Below are positions 8,169-18,891 of a stretch of DNA of 32,971 nt, in pieces. Positions within the stretch are counted from its first letter, which is position 1; the number at the start of each line of letters is the position of its first letter. The notes beneath the pieces were generated by a model. That model was not told the DNA's origin, did no database searches, and saw nothing but the letters and a program-made list of their open reading frames with translations. This DNA comes from a virus (taxonomy: Duplodnaviria > Heunggongvirae > Uroviricota > Caudoviricetes), in IMG/VR virus record IMGVR_UViG_2541047885_000016. One strand, written 5' to 3'. Made by a program: the position numbers and the translations under genes.

Positions 8169-10969
8169 TTAACCATCGCAATCCTGTCCGCCGCCAGCAG
8201 CACCTGACTCTGCATGCCGTCAGGGGTGTTCTCAATACCGGCACCAATACCCGCGATATAAAGGCGTCCGTCCTGCATCTGCTGCAGCTTCACAGCCCAC
8301 ATGCTGTTCAGGTTATTATTTGTATCAACCTGAACCTTCTGTATCTGCTGAATTGCCGCACTCTGGTCTTCCAGTTTCTTATTGACGGTCTGCGTGATTT
8401 CATTGCTGACATGCGTAATGGACGTCCTGATTTCAGCCAGGTCAGGCGCAAGCTGACCGTTATCAATCTGCGTCCACAGCTCCTGAGCCAGATGGGTTTT
8501 CCCTATCTCGCCTTTGAAAAAATCCAGATAACCGGATGCATCATCACTCGGCTGACCAACAGCCTCCACGAATGCCGATTTGCCGACGGTGTTCACACTG
8601 CGAACGTAAAAATAATAATCATGGCCCGGTTTGATATTGATACTGGCAGCTATCCAGTACAGCGCCGTACCAAGATAGCGGGCTGTGGTTTCAACCTGCC
8701 TGATATCCGCAATCCGCTTTTCCGAGAACCAGAACTCAAACTGTACCGTCGGATCATAAACGGCAAGATGCGGCGTTGCGGTTATCTGAAAATAGCCCGG
8801 CGTCAGCTCAATCCGCGACGGTGCTGCCGGTGCGGCAATCCGGAACGATACCGATGCCGGATCGCCCTGCTGCCCCCAGGCATTTGCCGCCCGGACTGTC
8901 AGCCTGTAGTTTCCCAGCGCCAGTTGCGTGAAGCGGTATGTGGTTTCCGTCGTCCGGGCCGTGCTGACCAGCCGCTCACTGCCGTCGTCTGCTGCCACAG
9001 TCAGGCGAAGCATAAAGCTCACACCCTTCACCACCTTCGGCGTGTCCCATCGCGCCAGCACCTGATATTCCCCGCTGTCTGCAGTGACTTCGGCGGTCAG
9101 ATGCTGCACTGCTGGCGGCGTGACACCATTCACCGTGCCGCTCTGGTCACCGTCAAAGTGCGCCCCGTTATCCACGATGGCCTCTTTCTCCGGCACATGC
9201 TGCACGGCAGTGATGGCATACGTGCCGTCGTCGTTCTCACGGATACTCACGCAGCGGAACAGGCGCTGGCGCAGCGTCGGCAGCTTAAGCCCCCACACGC
9301 TGTATTCAGCAACACCGTCAGGAACCCGGCTCACTTTTACCTTCACGCCGTCGGTGACGGACTGAACCTCCACGCTGACCGGACTCCCCTGCCCGTCAAC
9401 CAGGCTTATCAGCGTGGTGCCGGAGGCTGGCAGCGTGATTTCACGGTCGAGCGTCAGTGTCCGCGTCTGGCTGTTCACCGCCAGCACGCGCCCACCGGTG
9501 CTGATGCCCGCATAGTCATCATCGCAGATTTCAATGACATCGCCCGGTACATGGCGAAGCCCTTCGGCACCCACGCTGAAGTCCACGGTCTGCGTTTCCA
9601 GCAGTTCTGTTTTAATCAGCCACAGCCCGGCTCGGTGCGCCTGCCCCCGACTGGTACAGCCAAACGCATCCATCTTCGTGACGTTACGACCGTAACGGGC
9701 AATGGCCTGCGTGTCCTCCACAAGCTCTGTCGCCGTCTCCCAGCCGTTATCCGGGTCAATCCAGTTCACCTCAACGGCATTATGGCGGTCCTTGAGGGCG
9801 CTGAAGCTGTAGCGGAACGGCGCGCCATCATCCGGCATCACCACATTACTGCGGTTATAGGTCCACACCTTATCCGACGGCCGGTCCTGCACGAACGTCA
9901 GCGTCTGCCCGTTCCATACCGGCATACAGCGCATCGCCGAGCAGAAATCACTGAGCACATCCCACGCCTTGCGCTGTGTGGTCAGGTACGCATTACAGGT
10001 GATGCGCGGCTCCGTGCCGCCAAAGCCGTCCGGCACTGACTGGTCGCAGTACTGGCCGATGACATACAGCGCCCATTTGTCCACATCCGCCGCACCAAGA
10101 CGTTTCCCCATGCCGTAGCGTGGATGGGTCAGCATATCCCACAGACACCAGGCCATGTTATTGCTGTATGCTGGCTTAAACGTTCCGTCCCAGATACCGC
10201 TGTATTGCCGCGTCTGCGGGTTATAGTTCGACGGCACCTGCAGAATGCGCCCGCGAAGATGATAATTACGGCTCACCTGCTGGCTGCCGAACTGCTCCGA
10301 GTCCACCTGCACGCCGACCAGTGCCGTGTTCGGGTAGCACTGTTTCACATCGATGATTTCTGTGTATGACGACCAGAGCGTTTTGTTCTGCAGCTGGTCT
10401 GTGGTGCTGTCCGGCGTCATCCTGCGCATCCGGATATTAAACGGGCGCGGCGGCAGGTTATCCACCACCACCGAGGCCAGATACTGCGACGTGGTTTTGC
10501 CCTTAATGGTGATGTCTTTTTCCGTCACCCAGCCACCGTTACGCTGTATCTGAACCAGCAGACGGACTTCCGACGGATTCCTGTCACCCTTTGAGGTGGT
10601 TTCCACCAGTGCCTGCACACCGAAGGTAAAGCGCAGACGGTCGATGTTTGCAGACGTGATGGTCCGGGTAATCGGCGTGTCGTACTTCACTTCCGTACCC
10701 AGCACCGTCTCGGAGCCGGAGGATTCAAACCCCTCCGGCGGTGTCTGCTCCTGCTCACCTGCCCGGAACACCACCGTGACGCCGGAGATATTGGTATTCC
10801 CCTCACTGTCCAGCACTGGCGTACTGTTCAGCAGCACACTTTTTAATCCGTCCACCGGACCTTCAATCGGCCCTTCACTGATGGCGTCTATCACGCTCAG
10901 CATCTGGGATGATTTCAGGTTGTCCTTCGCTTCGCGCGGGGTATGCCCCTTACTGCTGCCTTTACCCAT
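8036..10969 (-). CDS. J: tail tip host-specificity protein J, C-terminally truncated
   Basis: 976-aa ORF collinear with lambda J from [20 protein letters not shown]... to ...[23 protein letters not shown], then 3 codons and a stop; lambda J is 1132 aa from memory. Confidence 0.9.
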   Translation of the reverse strand: MGKGSSKGHTPREAKDNLKSSQMLSVIDAISEGPIEGPVDGLKSVLLNSTPVLDSEGNTNISGVTVVFRAGEQEQTPPEGFESSGSETVLGTEVKYDTPITRTITSANIDRLRFTFGVQALVETTSKGDRNPSEVRLLVQIQRNGGWVTEKDITIKGKTTSQYLASVVVDNLPPRPFNIRMRRMTPDSTTDQLQNKTLWSSYTEIIDVKQCYPNTALVGVQVDSEQFGSQQVSRNYHLRGRILQVPSNYNPQTRQYSGIWDGTFKPAYSNNMAWCLWDMLTHPRYGMGKRLGAADVDKWALYVIGQYCDQSVPDGFGGTEPRITCNAYLTTQRKAWDVLSDFCSAMRCMPVWNGQTLTFVQDRPSDKVWTYNRSNVVMPDDGAPFRYSFSALKDRHNAVEVNWIDPDNGWETATELVEDTQAIARYGRNVTKMDAFGCTSRGQAHRAGLWLIKTELLETQTVDFSVGAEGLRHVPGDVIEICDDDYAGISTGGRVLAVNSQTRTLTLDREITLPASGTTLISLVDGQGSPVSVEVQSVTDGVKVKVSRVPDGVAEYSVWGLKLPTLRQRLFRCVSIRENDDGTYAITAVQHVPEKEAIVDNGAHFDGDQSGTVNGVTPPAVQHLTAEVTADSGEYQVLARWDTPKVVKGVSFMLRLTVAADDGSERLVSTARTTETTYRFTQLALGNYRLTVRAANAWGQQGDPASVSFRIAAPAAPSRIELTPGYFQITATPHLAVYDPTVQFEFWFSEKRIADIRQVETTARYLGTALYWIAASINIKPGHDYYFYVRSVNTVGKSAFVEAVGQPSDDASGYLDFFKGEIGKTHLAQELWTQIDNGQLAPDLAEIRTSITHVSNEITQTVNKKLEDQSAAIQQIQKVQVDTNNNLNSMWAVKLQQMQDGRLYIAGIGAGIENTPDGMQSQVLLAADRIAMVNPANGNTKPMFVGQGDQIFMNDVFLKRLTAPTITSGGNPPATVY

Positions 10970-11029
10970 TCCTCACGCTCCAGAAACGACAAAACCGCCC
11001 GCAGGCGGTTTCACATAAAACATTTTGCA

Positions 11030-11701
11030 TCAGCGACCAATCACCACAACCTGACCACCATCCCCTTCGTCTGCCGTGCTGATCTCCTGAGAGACCACAC
11101 GAGACCCCACGCGCATTTCACCGTACAGAACAGGCAGAACATTGCCCTGGGCAACCATGTTATCCAGTGAGGAGAAATAGGTGTTCTGTTTGCCGTTATC
11201 CGTTGTCTGTGTACGGGGAGTTCTGGCTTTCGGTGCCAGCATCTGCGCCACACCACCGAGCACCATACTGGCACCGAGAGAAAACAGGATGCCGGTCATA
11301 CCACCGGCCCCAATGGCTGCCCCCCATGCTGCAAGGGTGGCCCCGGCGGTAAAGAATGATCCGGCAATGGCGGCAGCCCCCAGGACAATCTGGAATACGC
11401 CACCTGACTTGGCCCCGGCGACTCTGGGAACAATATGAATCACAGCGCCATCAGGCAGAGTCTCATGTAACTGCGCCGTTAATCCGGACGTGCTGACATC
11501 CTGCCCGGCAATCCGTACCTGATACCAGCCGTCGCTCAGTTTCTGACGAAACGCCGGGAGCTGTGTGGCCAGCGCCCGGATGGCTTCGGCTCCCGTTTTC
11601 ACACGCAGATCGATGCGGCGACCAAATCGTTGTAAATCCCCGTAAAGGCAGATGCGTGCCATGCCCGGTGACGCCAGAGGGAGTGTGTGCGTCGCTGCCA
11701 T
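11030..11701 (-). CDS. I: tail tip assembly protein I
   Basis: 223 aa; matches lambda gpI as recalled (MAATHTLPLASPGMARICLYGDLQRFGRRIDLRVKTGAEAIRALATQL...); overlaps the 3' end of K as in lambda. Confidence 0.9.
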   Translation of the reverse strand: MAATHTLPLASPGMARICLYGDLQRFGRRIDLRVKTGAEAIRALATQLPAFRQKLSDGWYQVRIAGQDVSTSGLTAQLHETLPDGAVIHIVPRVAGAKSGGVFQIVLGAAAIAGSFFTAGATLAAWGAAIGAGGMTGILFSLGASMVLGGVAQMLAPKARTPRTQTTDNGKQNTYFSSLDNMVAQGNVLPVLYGEMRVGSRVVSQEISTADEGDGGQVVVIGR

Positions 11702-12342
11702 TTGTCGGTATACCTCTCTCGTTTGCTCAGTTGTTCAGGAATATGGTGCAGCAGCTCGCCGTCACCACAGTAAATGGCGGCATGATTCGGCACCGATGAA
11801 CCAAAACAGCACAACAGCACATCGCCCGGTTGTGCTGATGACAACGGCACCTGATACAGCCCCGTGGCCTCCAGATTATCCAGATAGAGATTCTGACCGT
11901 TACGCCACCAGTCATCCCCGCGATGAAAATCCGGCATCTCAATCCCCGCCAGATGATAAGCATCCCGGAACAGCGTGTAACAGTCCGTCACCCCGTGCTC
12001 AAAGCGCCGCCCGGTGAGATGCGGCACACAGCGGAACTTATGAATCGTCCCCCGGCAGACCAGCCACCACGGCAAATCACTCTGCACCTGCAGCCGCCGG
12101 TCGGCCTCACTCAGCCAGGGCAGACCACCGGGGTGGCTGTGGACCAGCGCCACAATCTCACCCTGCATTTCTGCCTGCAGCCAGTCTTCCGGCGACAGCC
12201 TGAAATACGCCTCCGGCTTACCGGAGATATTCACACAGGGAAAATATCTTTCCCCTTCCGGCGTTCTCACCACGAAGCCGCACGACTCCGCTGGCGCACA
12301 TCGCCGGGCGTGCGCCAGAATCGCTGATTCTGTCTCTGTCAT
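11599..12342 (-). CDS. K: tail tip assembly protein K (MPN/JAMM plus NlpC/P60-like)
   Basis: Start set at MTETESAILAHARRC... (track ORF extends 14 codons further upstream; start uncertain); JAMM-like motif HSHPGGLPWLSEAD; matches lambda gpK as recalled. Confidence 0.85.
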   Translation of the reverse strand: MTETESAILAHARRCAPAESCGFVVRTPEGERYFPCVNISGKPEAYFRLSPEDWLQAEMQGEIVALVHSHPGGLPWLSEADRRLQVQSDLPWWLVCRGTIHKFRCVPHLTGRRFEHGVTDCYTLFRDAYHLAGIEMPDFHRGDDWWRNGQNLYLDNLEATGLYQVPLSSAQPGDVLLCCFGSSVPNHAAIYCGDGELLHHIPEQLSKRERYTDKWQRRTHSLWRHRAWHASAFTGIYNDLVAASICV

Positions 12343-12346
12343 GGGT

Positions 12347-13045
12347 TTACTGCGAAAGTTTGTTAATGGAAAGGAAGCCGCCAAAGTTACCGACGTTATT
12401 GCGGAACTTACATCCGCTCAGGCATTTGCTGCATTTATCCTTCGTGATATCGGACGTTGGCTGGTCATATTCATCCGCGACCGCCGGACCGTGATAACCG
12501 CACTCATCGCCGCGATAGGTCCAGGTGCAGGTGTTGGCCAGCATGATACGTCCCGGAAAAACAGCGCCGTCCGTTTCCGTCGACGTGGCCAGTACAAAGG
12601 AGGCACTGACCGCGCTCAGTTCGCTGCACTGCTCGATGCGCCAGTGGCTGATCACCTCCTGCTCCGGATCGGCGTCTCTGTTTCCGTTGACGAAGTTCAC
12701 CGCATCCAGAAAACGGGCGTAAACCTTACGCCTGACCACCGTTCCGCCGACCAGACTCTGCAGGTCTTCCGCCATCCCGGTGACCATGCCGTGCAGGTTA
12801 GAAACCGTCAGTGTCGGACGGGCAGCACTGCCCTTGCCATTCAGTTCAAATCCCGTCCCCTGAATGGGGTATGCCTGATACTGCCGCCCCTGCCAGGTAA
12901 CCGGCTCACCTTTTTCGTTCTGCTCATTACAGAAAAAATAACGTTCTCCACCGACCTCTGTCAGATCGATTTCCCAGAGCACCACGCTGGCCGACTGCTC
13001 CGCACGGGTGCATTCATTCAGTGTTTCCTGCCGGATATCCTGCAT
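12347..13045 (-). CDS. L: tail tip protein L
   Basis: 232 aa; matches lambda gpL as recalled (MQDIRQETLNECTRAEQSASVVLWEIDLTEVGGERYFFCNEQNEKGEP...). Confidence 0.9.
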   Translation of the reverse strand: MQDIRQETLNECTRAEQSASVVLWEIDLTEVGGERYFFCNEQNEKGEPVTWQGRQYQAYPIQGTGFELNGKGSAARPTLTVSNLHGMVTGMAEDLQSLVGGTVVRRKVYARFLDAVNFVNGNRDADPEQEVISHWRIEQCSELSAVSASFVLATSTETDGAVFPGRIMLANTCTWTYRGDECGYHGPAVADEYDQPTSDITKDKCSKCLSGCKFRNNVGNFGGFLSINKLSQ

Positions 13046-13374
13046 CAGTTCACCACCTGTTCAAACTCTGCGCTGAACTCAACACGCAGCATACTGACCC
13101 GCGACGACCATTTTGCGCAGGTCACCTTTATCTGCCGCCACTCATAAGGCGGCGTCCACAGAAAGGATTTCCAGCCCCCGTGCTCAGCCAGAAACGACTC
13201 AAGCGCCGTGGCCTCCCAACGGGGAACAGAAAGCGTCACGCTGTACGTTTTCAGGTCAGCGTTCAGCCCGGCAGGCGCTCGCTGGGAATAGCCATCACCA
13301 AAGCGCACCTTTCTTACAGAAGGGACCGAAGCCACATCCATACCGGGTTTCACTTTCCAGCGGAAGGTCTTCAT
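13045..13374 (-). CDS. M: tail tip protein M
   Basis: 109 aa; matches lambda gpM as recalled; start/stop overlaps with H and L. Confidence 0.9.
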   Translation of the reverse strand: MKTFRWKVKPGMDVASVPSVRKVRFGDGYSQRAPAGLNADLKTYSVTLSVPRWEATALESFLAEHGGWKSFLWTPPYEWRQIKVTCAKWSSRVSMLRVEFSAEFEQVVN

Positions 13375-15950
13375 CGTCCACCTCCGGAGAACAGGCCACC
13401 ATCACGCATCTGTGTCTGAATTTCATCGCGGGCACCCTTGCGGGCCATGTCATACACTGCTTTCATCATCTGTGGACCTGGCAGACCATTCGTACCGTCG
13501 TTCTGAATCACCACGTTGTTGTTCTGCTCAAACCTGATACCCTCTGAACGCCGCATTTGCGCCGGACTTCCGGTGCCACCGACATAACCGCCGGTGGCAT
13601 AGCCGCGCATCAGCCGGTAGAGATTTCCCACGCCAATCCGGCTGGTTGCCTCCTTCGTGAAGACAAATTCACCACGGTGAACAATCCCCGCTGGCTCATA
13701 TTTGCCGCCGGTTCCCGTAAATCCTCCGGTTGCAAAATGGAATTTCGCCGCAGCGGCCTGAATGGCTGTACCGCCTGACGCGGATGCGCCGCCACCAACA
13801 GCCCCGCCAATGGCGCTGCCGATACTCCCGACAATCCCCACCATTGCCTGCTTAAGCAGAATTTCTGTCATCATGGACAGCACGGAGCGGGTGAAGCTGC
13901 GCCAGTTCTGCTCACTGCCGGTCAGCATCGCCGCCATATTCTGTGCAATACCATCAAAGGTCTGCGTGGCTGCACTTTTTACCTGCGACATACTGTCCGT
14001 GGCGCTCTCTTCCCACTCTCTCCAGCCGGACCTGAGGCCTGCCATCCAGCTCCCGCGAAGCTGGTCTTCAGCCGCCCAGGTCTTTTTCTGCTCTGACATG
14101 ACGTTATTCAGCGCCAGCGGATTATCGCCATACTGTTCCTTCAGGCGCTGTTCCGTGGCTTCCCGTTCTGCCTGCCGCTCAGTCAGCCCCCGGCTTTTCG
14201 CATCAATGGCGGCCCGTTTTGCCCGTTGCTGCTGTGCGAATTTATCCGCCTGCTGCGCCAGCGCGTTCAGGCGCTCCTGATACGTAACCTTGTCGCCAAG
14301 TGCAGCCAGCTGGCGTTTGTACTCCAGCGTCTCATCTTTATGCGCCAGCAGGGATTTCTCCTGTGCAGACAGCTGGCGACGTTGCGCCGCCTCCTCCAGT
14401 ACCGCGAACTGACTCTCCGCCTTCCACAAATCCCGGCGCTGCTGGCTGATTTTCTCATTTGCTCCGGCATGCCTCTCCAGCGTCCAGAGTTCAGCCTGAA
14501 GCGTCAGCAGGGCAGCATGAGCACTGTCTTCCTGACGATCGCCCGCAGACACCTTCACGCCGGACTGTTTCGCCTTTTTCAGCGTCGCTTCATAGTCCTT
14601 TTTCGCCGCCGCCATCAGCGTGTTGTAATCTGCCTGCAGAATTTTCCCGTCCTTCAGTGCCTTGTTCAGTTCTTCCTGACGGGCGGTATATTTCTCCAGC
14701 GGCGTCTGCAGGCGTTCATAAGCCTTCTGCGCCTCTTCGGTATATTTCAGCCGTGATGCCTCAGACTCGGCCCAGTCCTTTGCTGCCATCTCTCTGGCCT
14801 TTTCAAGATCGGCCTGCAACGTGGCGGCTGAAAGCCCAAGTTGCGCATTCGCTCTGTCCTCCCATGCTCCCCGGAGATTGGCAAGAAATGCGGATGTTTT
14901 ACCGCGCCGGTGGCTCCGGCTCTGATACCACTGCCATTTTTTGTCCGCCTCATCAAAAGCCTTTTCTGCTTTCTCCAGCATTTCCCGGGCAGTGTCCGGG
15001 CGACCAATATCCAGCACCGAATCCCACATGGATTTGAATGCCCGTGCTGTCCTGTCTGCCCAGGTCTCCAGCGTGCCCATGTTCTCTTTCAGGCGGCGGG
15101 TCTGGTCATCAAACCCTTTCGTTGCGGCCTCGTTCGCCGCCTGCAATGCCCCGGCTTCATCTCCGGAACGCTGCAACTGAGCAACATACGCAATCTGCTC
15201 CGCCGTCACGTTATGGAACTGACGTGCCATCGCTGTCAGTCCCGACGTCGGGTCTGTGGTCAGCTTCCCGAAGGCTTCAGCGACCTTGTCCACCTCCACG
15301 CCGGATGCAGAGGAGAAACGCGCCACACTCTGGCTGATCGCCTCAAACTGCTCACCACCACGCACACCGGCATTCACCAGCGCCGTCAGTGACTCGCTGG
15401 TCTGGTTAAACGTCAGCCCTGCCGCCTGCCCGGCTCTGGACAGGGCCAGAATACGATCTGCCGTCAGTCCCGCCTGATTGCCGGAAAGGACCAGCGTTTT
15501 GTTGAAATCGGACAGGGTTGAGTTGCCCTGATACCAGGCATACGCCAGCGCACCGGTCGCCACCGCCAGCGAGGTGGCCCCCACCATCGGCAGGGTGATC
15601 GCACCGGCAAGCCCCCTGAACATGGGGATCATCCCGCCGAAGGAGTCCTTAACCTGACCACCCTGTTGCAGCAGGATCAGCCACGGACTTTGCCCGCCTG
15701 CAAGCTGCGTGGCCACGTCGGTGAACTGTGCAGGCAGCATACGCATGGCGGCTTTATACTGCCCGACGGAAATCCCCGCTTTCTGTGCAGCCAGCGCCTG
15801 TCGGCTCAGCGACTGTTCAACGACTGCCGCTGTTTTTTTCGCATCACTTTCCGTACCGGAAAAATGACGCCTGACTCTGGCCATCTGCTCGTCAAATCTG
15901 GCCGCATCCAGACTCAAATCAACGACCAGATCGCCTACCGGTTCAGCCAT
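13371..15950 (-). CDS. H: tail tape measure protein H
   Basis: 859 aa; N- and C-terminal regions match lambda gpH as recalled (MAEPVGDLVVDLSLDAARFDEQ... / ...MRDGGLFSGGGR); a central segment of about 60 aa differs. Confidence 0.9.
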   Translation of the reverse strand: MAEPVGDLVVDLSLDAARFDEQMARVRRHFSGTESDAKKTAAVVEQSLSRQALAAQKAGISVGQYKAAMRMLPAQFTDVATQLAGGQSPWLILLQQGGQVKDSFGGMIPMFRGLAGAITLPMVGATSLAVATGALAYAWYQGNSTLSDFNKTLVLSGNQAGLTADRILALSRAGQAAGLTFNQTSESLTALVNAGVRGGEQFEAISQSVARFSSASGVEVDKVAEAFGKLTTDPTSGLTAMARQFHNVTAEQIAYVAQLQRSGDEAGALQAANEAATKGFDDQTRRLKENMGTLETWADRTARAFKSMWDSVLDIGRPDTAREMLEKAEKAFDEADKKWQWYQSRSHRRGKTSAFLANLRGAWEDRANAQLGLSAATLQADLEKAREMAAKDWAESEASRLKYTEEAQKAYERLQTPLEKYTARQEELNKALKDGKILQADYNTLMAAAKKDYEATLKKAKQSGVKVSAGDRQEDSAHAALLTLQAELWTLERHAGANEKISQQRRDLWKAESQFAVLEEAAQRRQLSAQEKSLLAHKDETLEYKRQLAALGDKVTYQERLNALAQQADKFAQQQRAKRAAIDAKSRGLTERQAEREATEQRLKEQYGDNPLALNNVMSEQKKTWAAEDQLRGSWMAGLRSGWREWEESATDSMSQVKSAATQTFDGIAQNMAAMLTGSEQNWRSFTRSVLSMMTEILLKQAMVGIVGSIGSAIGGAVGGGASASGGTAIQAAAAKFHFATGGFTGTGGKYEPAGIVHRGEFVFTKEATSRIGVGNLYRLMRGYATGGYVGGTGSPAQMRRSEGIRFEQNNNVVIQNDGTNGLPGPQMMKAVYDMARKGARDEIQTQMRDGGLFSGGGR

Positions 15951-16377
15951 ACCGGACTCCTCCTGCGATCCCTTCTGATACTGTCATCAGCATTACGTCA
16001 TCCTCCGTCATGTCCGCCACATCCGGGGAAGTAGGGATAACTTCATTCCCGTCCGGGCCAAAGCGGACACCTCCGGCAAGCCCTGCCGCTTTCTGCATCA
16101 GCACATCATCTTCAGGCTCCTCGTCAGCCTCGCGCCGGTTCAGCAAACTGAAATCCAGCGGATGCATATCCGGATCGCTGAAAAACAGGCTGAGCACGGT
16201 GTACGTCAGCCCGGAAAAGTGCATATCCAGCAGAACATCATGAAAATAATGGGTACTGTAAAAGCGGTGCCAGTCGGCATACTCCGTGGATGACATCCCG
16301 GCAAGCATGGCACGCCAGTCGGGTCGCCCCATCTCACGCGCCAGTTTCAGGGCAAAACTCAGCTCACCGTCGAACAC
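15943..16377 (-). CDS. T: T portion of the G-T tail assembly chaperone, expressed by -1 frameshift from G
   Basis: ORF in the -1 frame overlapping the 3' end of G; no ATG or RBS of its own (track start is a GTG); sequence FDGELSFALKLAREMGRPDWRAMLAGMSS... matches lambda gpT as recalled. Confidence 0.85.
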   Translation of the reverse strand: MFDGELSFALKLAREMGRPDWRAMLAGMSSTEYADWHRFYSTHYFHDVLLDMHFSGLTYTVLSLFFSDPDMHPLDFSLLNRREADEEPEDDVLMQKAAGLAGGVRFGPDGNEVIPTSPDVADMTEDDVMLMTVSEGIAGGVRYG

Positions 16378-16781
16378 TTTCCCGCAGAAACAGGCTCTGC
16401 AGGCCCGGCGTCCTCTGTCTGTTCAGGGGTATTATTCACAACAAACTCATACATACCAGACAGCCGGTACACCACGTTTTCAGCATGAGAAATTGCCTCC
16501 GTGGGCCAGGTGGTAAGCACTTCCTGCTCAATCTGTTTAACGGCTTCATTCATGGACGGCATCTGCGTCTTCTGCGGATGGTTATGCCACAGGGACATCG
16601 CCACCAGAAACGCGCCGGTTCTGATGGCGTCTTCCACAGTAAACTTCCGGTTGCTGTCTGACTCCGCCTGTTCTGCCTGCCGTTTCATCAGGGCGAGATG
16701 CTCAATACGCTGCAGGGCTGACAGTTCAGAAAGCGTGACGGTCACACCGTTATGTTCAAATGATTCGGTTTTCAGGAACAT
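16359..16781 (-). CDS. G: tail assembly chaperone G
   Basis: 140 aa; matches lambda gpG as recalled; contains the slippery heptamer near its 3' end. Confidence 0.9.
   Translation of the reverse strand: MFLKTESFEHNGVTVTLSELSALQRIEHLALMKRQAEQAESDSNRKFTVEDAIRTGAFLVAMSLWHNHPQKTQMPSMNEAVKQIEQEVLTTWPTEAISHAENVVYRLSGMYEFVVNNTPEQTEDAGPAEPVSAGKCSTVS
16377..16383 (-). other. programmed -1 ribosomal frameshift slippery heptamer G GGA AAG (G to G-T fusion)
   Basis: Minus-strand GGGAAAG read as gcG GGA AAG in the G frame, 5 codons before the G stop; the -1 frame continues into T. Confidence 0.8.
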
Positions 16782-16796
16782 CTCTGACTCTCCGGA

Positions 16797-17537
16797 TTAA
16801 CTGGCGGTGACGGTGATTTCTGCAACCGCAGCAAACTCACCATTACCGGATACGACCGGAATGTTGACCTTACCTGCAGCAACGCCATTCACGGTGATGG
16901 TCATACCACTGACCGACACGGTGGCTTTTGTTTTATCCGCTGACACCGCACGGAAGCTCTTGTCGGTTGCGCCTTCCGGCTGGAATGCCACGGTCAGCGT
17001 GGTGCTCTTCCCTTTCACTACGGAAGCGCTGGCTGGCGTCACGGTCATACCGGTTGCCGCTGTTACCGTGCTGCGATCTTCTGCCATCGACGGACGTCCT
17101 ACGTTGGTGACTTTCACCGTGCGGGTGATCACGTCCTTCGCCGTCACCGCCTTACCGATACTGCTGACCCAGCCGCGGAACACATCGACCGTGCCGTTCG
17201 GGAAGCGGATTTTATAGGCACGGGTATCACCTTCATTAAACCACGCCAGCAGCGCCTGCTGCCCCTGCTCTCCGGGCATCCACGCCAGCGTGAAGCTGGT
17301 ATCTCCGGCAGATTTCTGCCCCTGTCCGGTCGCGGTCCAGTCCGCATCTTCATCATCGAGATAACTGTCGTCATAGGACTCAGCGGTCAGTTCGCCGGGC
17401 GTCAGGTCTTTAACCTTTGCCAGACGCGACCAGTCATTGTCTGAAAGCGGGTTTGCATAAGGGTCGCCGCTCCCGTTATAAACCCACAGTGTGGTCCCGG
17501 CCCCTTTCACCGGTGCCAGAGGATTTGGTGTTGGCAT
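16797..17537 (-). CDS. V: major tail tube protein V
   Basis: Start set at [20 protein letters not shown]... (track ORF has a 10-codon upstream extension); 246 aa; matches lambda gpV as recalled. Confidence 0.9.
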   Translation of the reverse strand: MPTPNPLAPVKGAGTTLWVYNGSGDPYANPLSDNDWSRLAKVKDLTPGELTAESYDDSYLDDEDADWTATGQGQKSAGDTSFTLAWMPGEQGQQALLAWFNEGDTRAYKIRFPNGTVDVFRGWVSSIGKAVTAKDVITRTVKVTNVGRPSMAEDRSTVTAATGMTVTPASASVVKGKSTTLTVAFQPEGATDKSFRAVSADKTKATVSVSGMTITVNGVAAGKVNIPVVSGNGEFAAVAEITVTAS

Positions 17538-17544
17538 ATCGTCC

Positions 17545-17940
17545 TCACATTTCATAGGTAATGACATAAGTCAGATCGGCTGAACTCCACAGGCCCGCAT
17601 CATCGTCGCGCCGGTAGTCATAGCCACTGGCCACCATACTGGTGATCAAATCTGACAGTGCCGGGATATCGCTCATCACCGGATAAATCCGGGACTCCAT
17701 CCACGAATCCAGCTCTGAATCCGGCACCTGAGCAGGCAGGAAAACTTCAATATGCAGCTCCGCCTGCCAGGTATCGCTGTCCAGCTCTTCGCCCGTGTAT
17801 TCAGCGCCGGTGAGATAAACGGCAATTGCCGGAAAATCTTCCTCATCAAAAACAGCGGGGCGACCATCAAAAAGCGTCGCCCCGGTGTCATGCTTCTCCA
17901 GTGCATCCAGTACGGCTGCACGGAGTTCAGTATGTTTCAT
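17545..17940 (-). CDS. U: tail terminator protein U
   Basis: 131 aa; [31 protein letters not shown]... matches lambda gpU as recalled. Confidence 0.9.
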   Translation of the reverse strand: MKHTELRAAVLDALEKHDTGATLFDGRPAVFDEEDFPAIAVYLTGAEYTGEELDSDTWQAELHIEVFLPAQVPDSELDSWMESRIYPVMSDIPALSDLITSMVASGYDYRRDDDAGLWSSADLTYVITYEM

Positions 17941-18515
17941 CGCTTTATTACCATTCTCAGTTGATGCTGCAGCGCATAGCCCAGCTCTTTCGGAAGACGC
18001 TCACGCCGTATCCGCTCAATATTCTGTTTAAACGCCGTGGTCAGCGGCACCGCCATCGGAATTTTCACCACATCAATGGGGTAACGGTTTTTCCCGGCCA
18101 CACGCTGCATGACATGCCACCGGCCATTTTTCAGTTGCTGAATAAACGCGCCGGGAATACGACGGTTTCCCACCACAAGCACGCTGCCGCCACCTTTCAG
18201 GGATGAACGCTGCCCCTTTTTACGACGCCTGCGGCGGGACAGGACAACCCGCGCATTACCCAGCTTGATTACGGGCAAATCCCCCCGGTTAACCCTGATT
18301 CTGGCCTGCGGATTTTTGACCGTGGCCCTTTTCAGCCTGGCCCTTTCCTTTACCAGTTTCCGGCGTACCTTTGTCTCACGGGCAACCTGTGACGCCGACT
18401 GCGATATCGCGGATGAAGCAACGCGGTTAATGGCCATTGCGGCGGCACCGGGCACCGCCGTTTTGCTGATACGGCTGAGGTTTTCAACGGCCTGCTCAAG
18501 ACCTTTTATGGCCAT
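17937..18515 (-). CDS. Z: tail completion protein Z
   Basis: 192 aa; matches lambda gpZ as recalled; ATGA overlap with U. Confidence 0.9.
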   Translation of the reverse strand: MAIKGLEQAVENLSRISKTAVPGAAAMAINRVASSAISQSASQVARETKVRRKLVKERARLKRATVKNPQARIRVNRGDLPVIKLGNARVVLSRRRRRKKGQRSSLKGGGSVLVVGNRRIPGAFIQQLKNGRWHVMQRVAGKNRYPIDVVKIPMAVPLTTAFKQNIERIRRERLPKELGYALQHQLRMVIKR

Positions 18516-18526
18516 ACATCCCCCTT

Positions 18527-18880
18527 TCAGCGGCGACGGTTAACGGCAGGCGGTACGCCCCGCCCAAGCCAGAGATGACAGCTTCCGCCATCATCCGGCG
18601 AAATCCGGTCTATCCAGAAGTTTTCCTCACCGATGGTTAGCGTGTCGCCGCGCCGCAGCTGCCGCACATCATCAGTCCGGACAAACAGGGACGGGCTGGA
18701 GCCTTCAACGCGTACGCCCTGTCCGGCATAGCTGATATTTTCAGGGTCATCAAAAACACCACGTATTACTGCGCCGGACTGCTCACCGGATGTCATGGTG
18801 GCTGACGTTCCCATGTACCCGCGTATCGTTTCATCGGCGCGGGCAATGGCAGCATCGAACAGGTTATCGAAATCAGCCAC
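18527..18880 (-). CDS. FII: head-tail joining protein FII
   Basis: 117 aa; MADFDNLFDAAIARADETIRGYMGTSATMTSGEQSGAVIRGVFDDPENISYAGQGVRVEGSSPSLFV... matches lambda gpFII as recalled. Confidence 0.9.
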   Translation of the reverse strand: MADFDNLFDAAIARADETIRGYMGTSATMTSGEQSGAVIRGVFDDPENISYAGQGVRVEGSSPSLFVRTDDVRQLRRGDTLTIGEENFWIDRISPDDGGSCHLWLGRGVPPAVNRRR

Positions 18881-18891
18881 AGCGCCTCCCG

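Noticed and set aside
8030-10039. 669-aa plus-strand ORF antisense to J
   Set aside because: Arg/His/Cys-rich low-complexity translation, no RBS, and it fully overlaps a strongly lambda-J-like gene on the other strand; typical long antisense ORF in GC-rich coding DNA.
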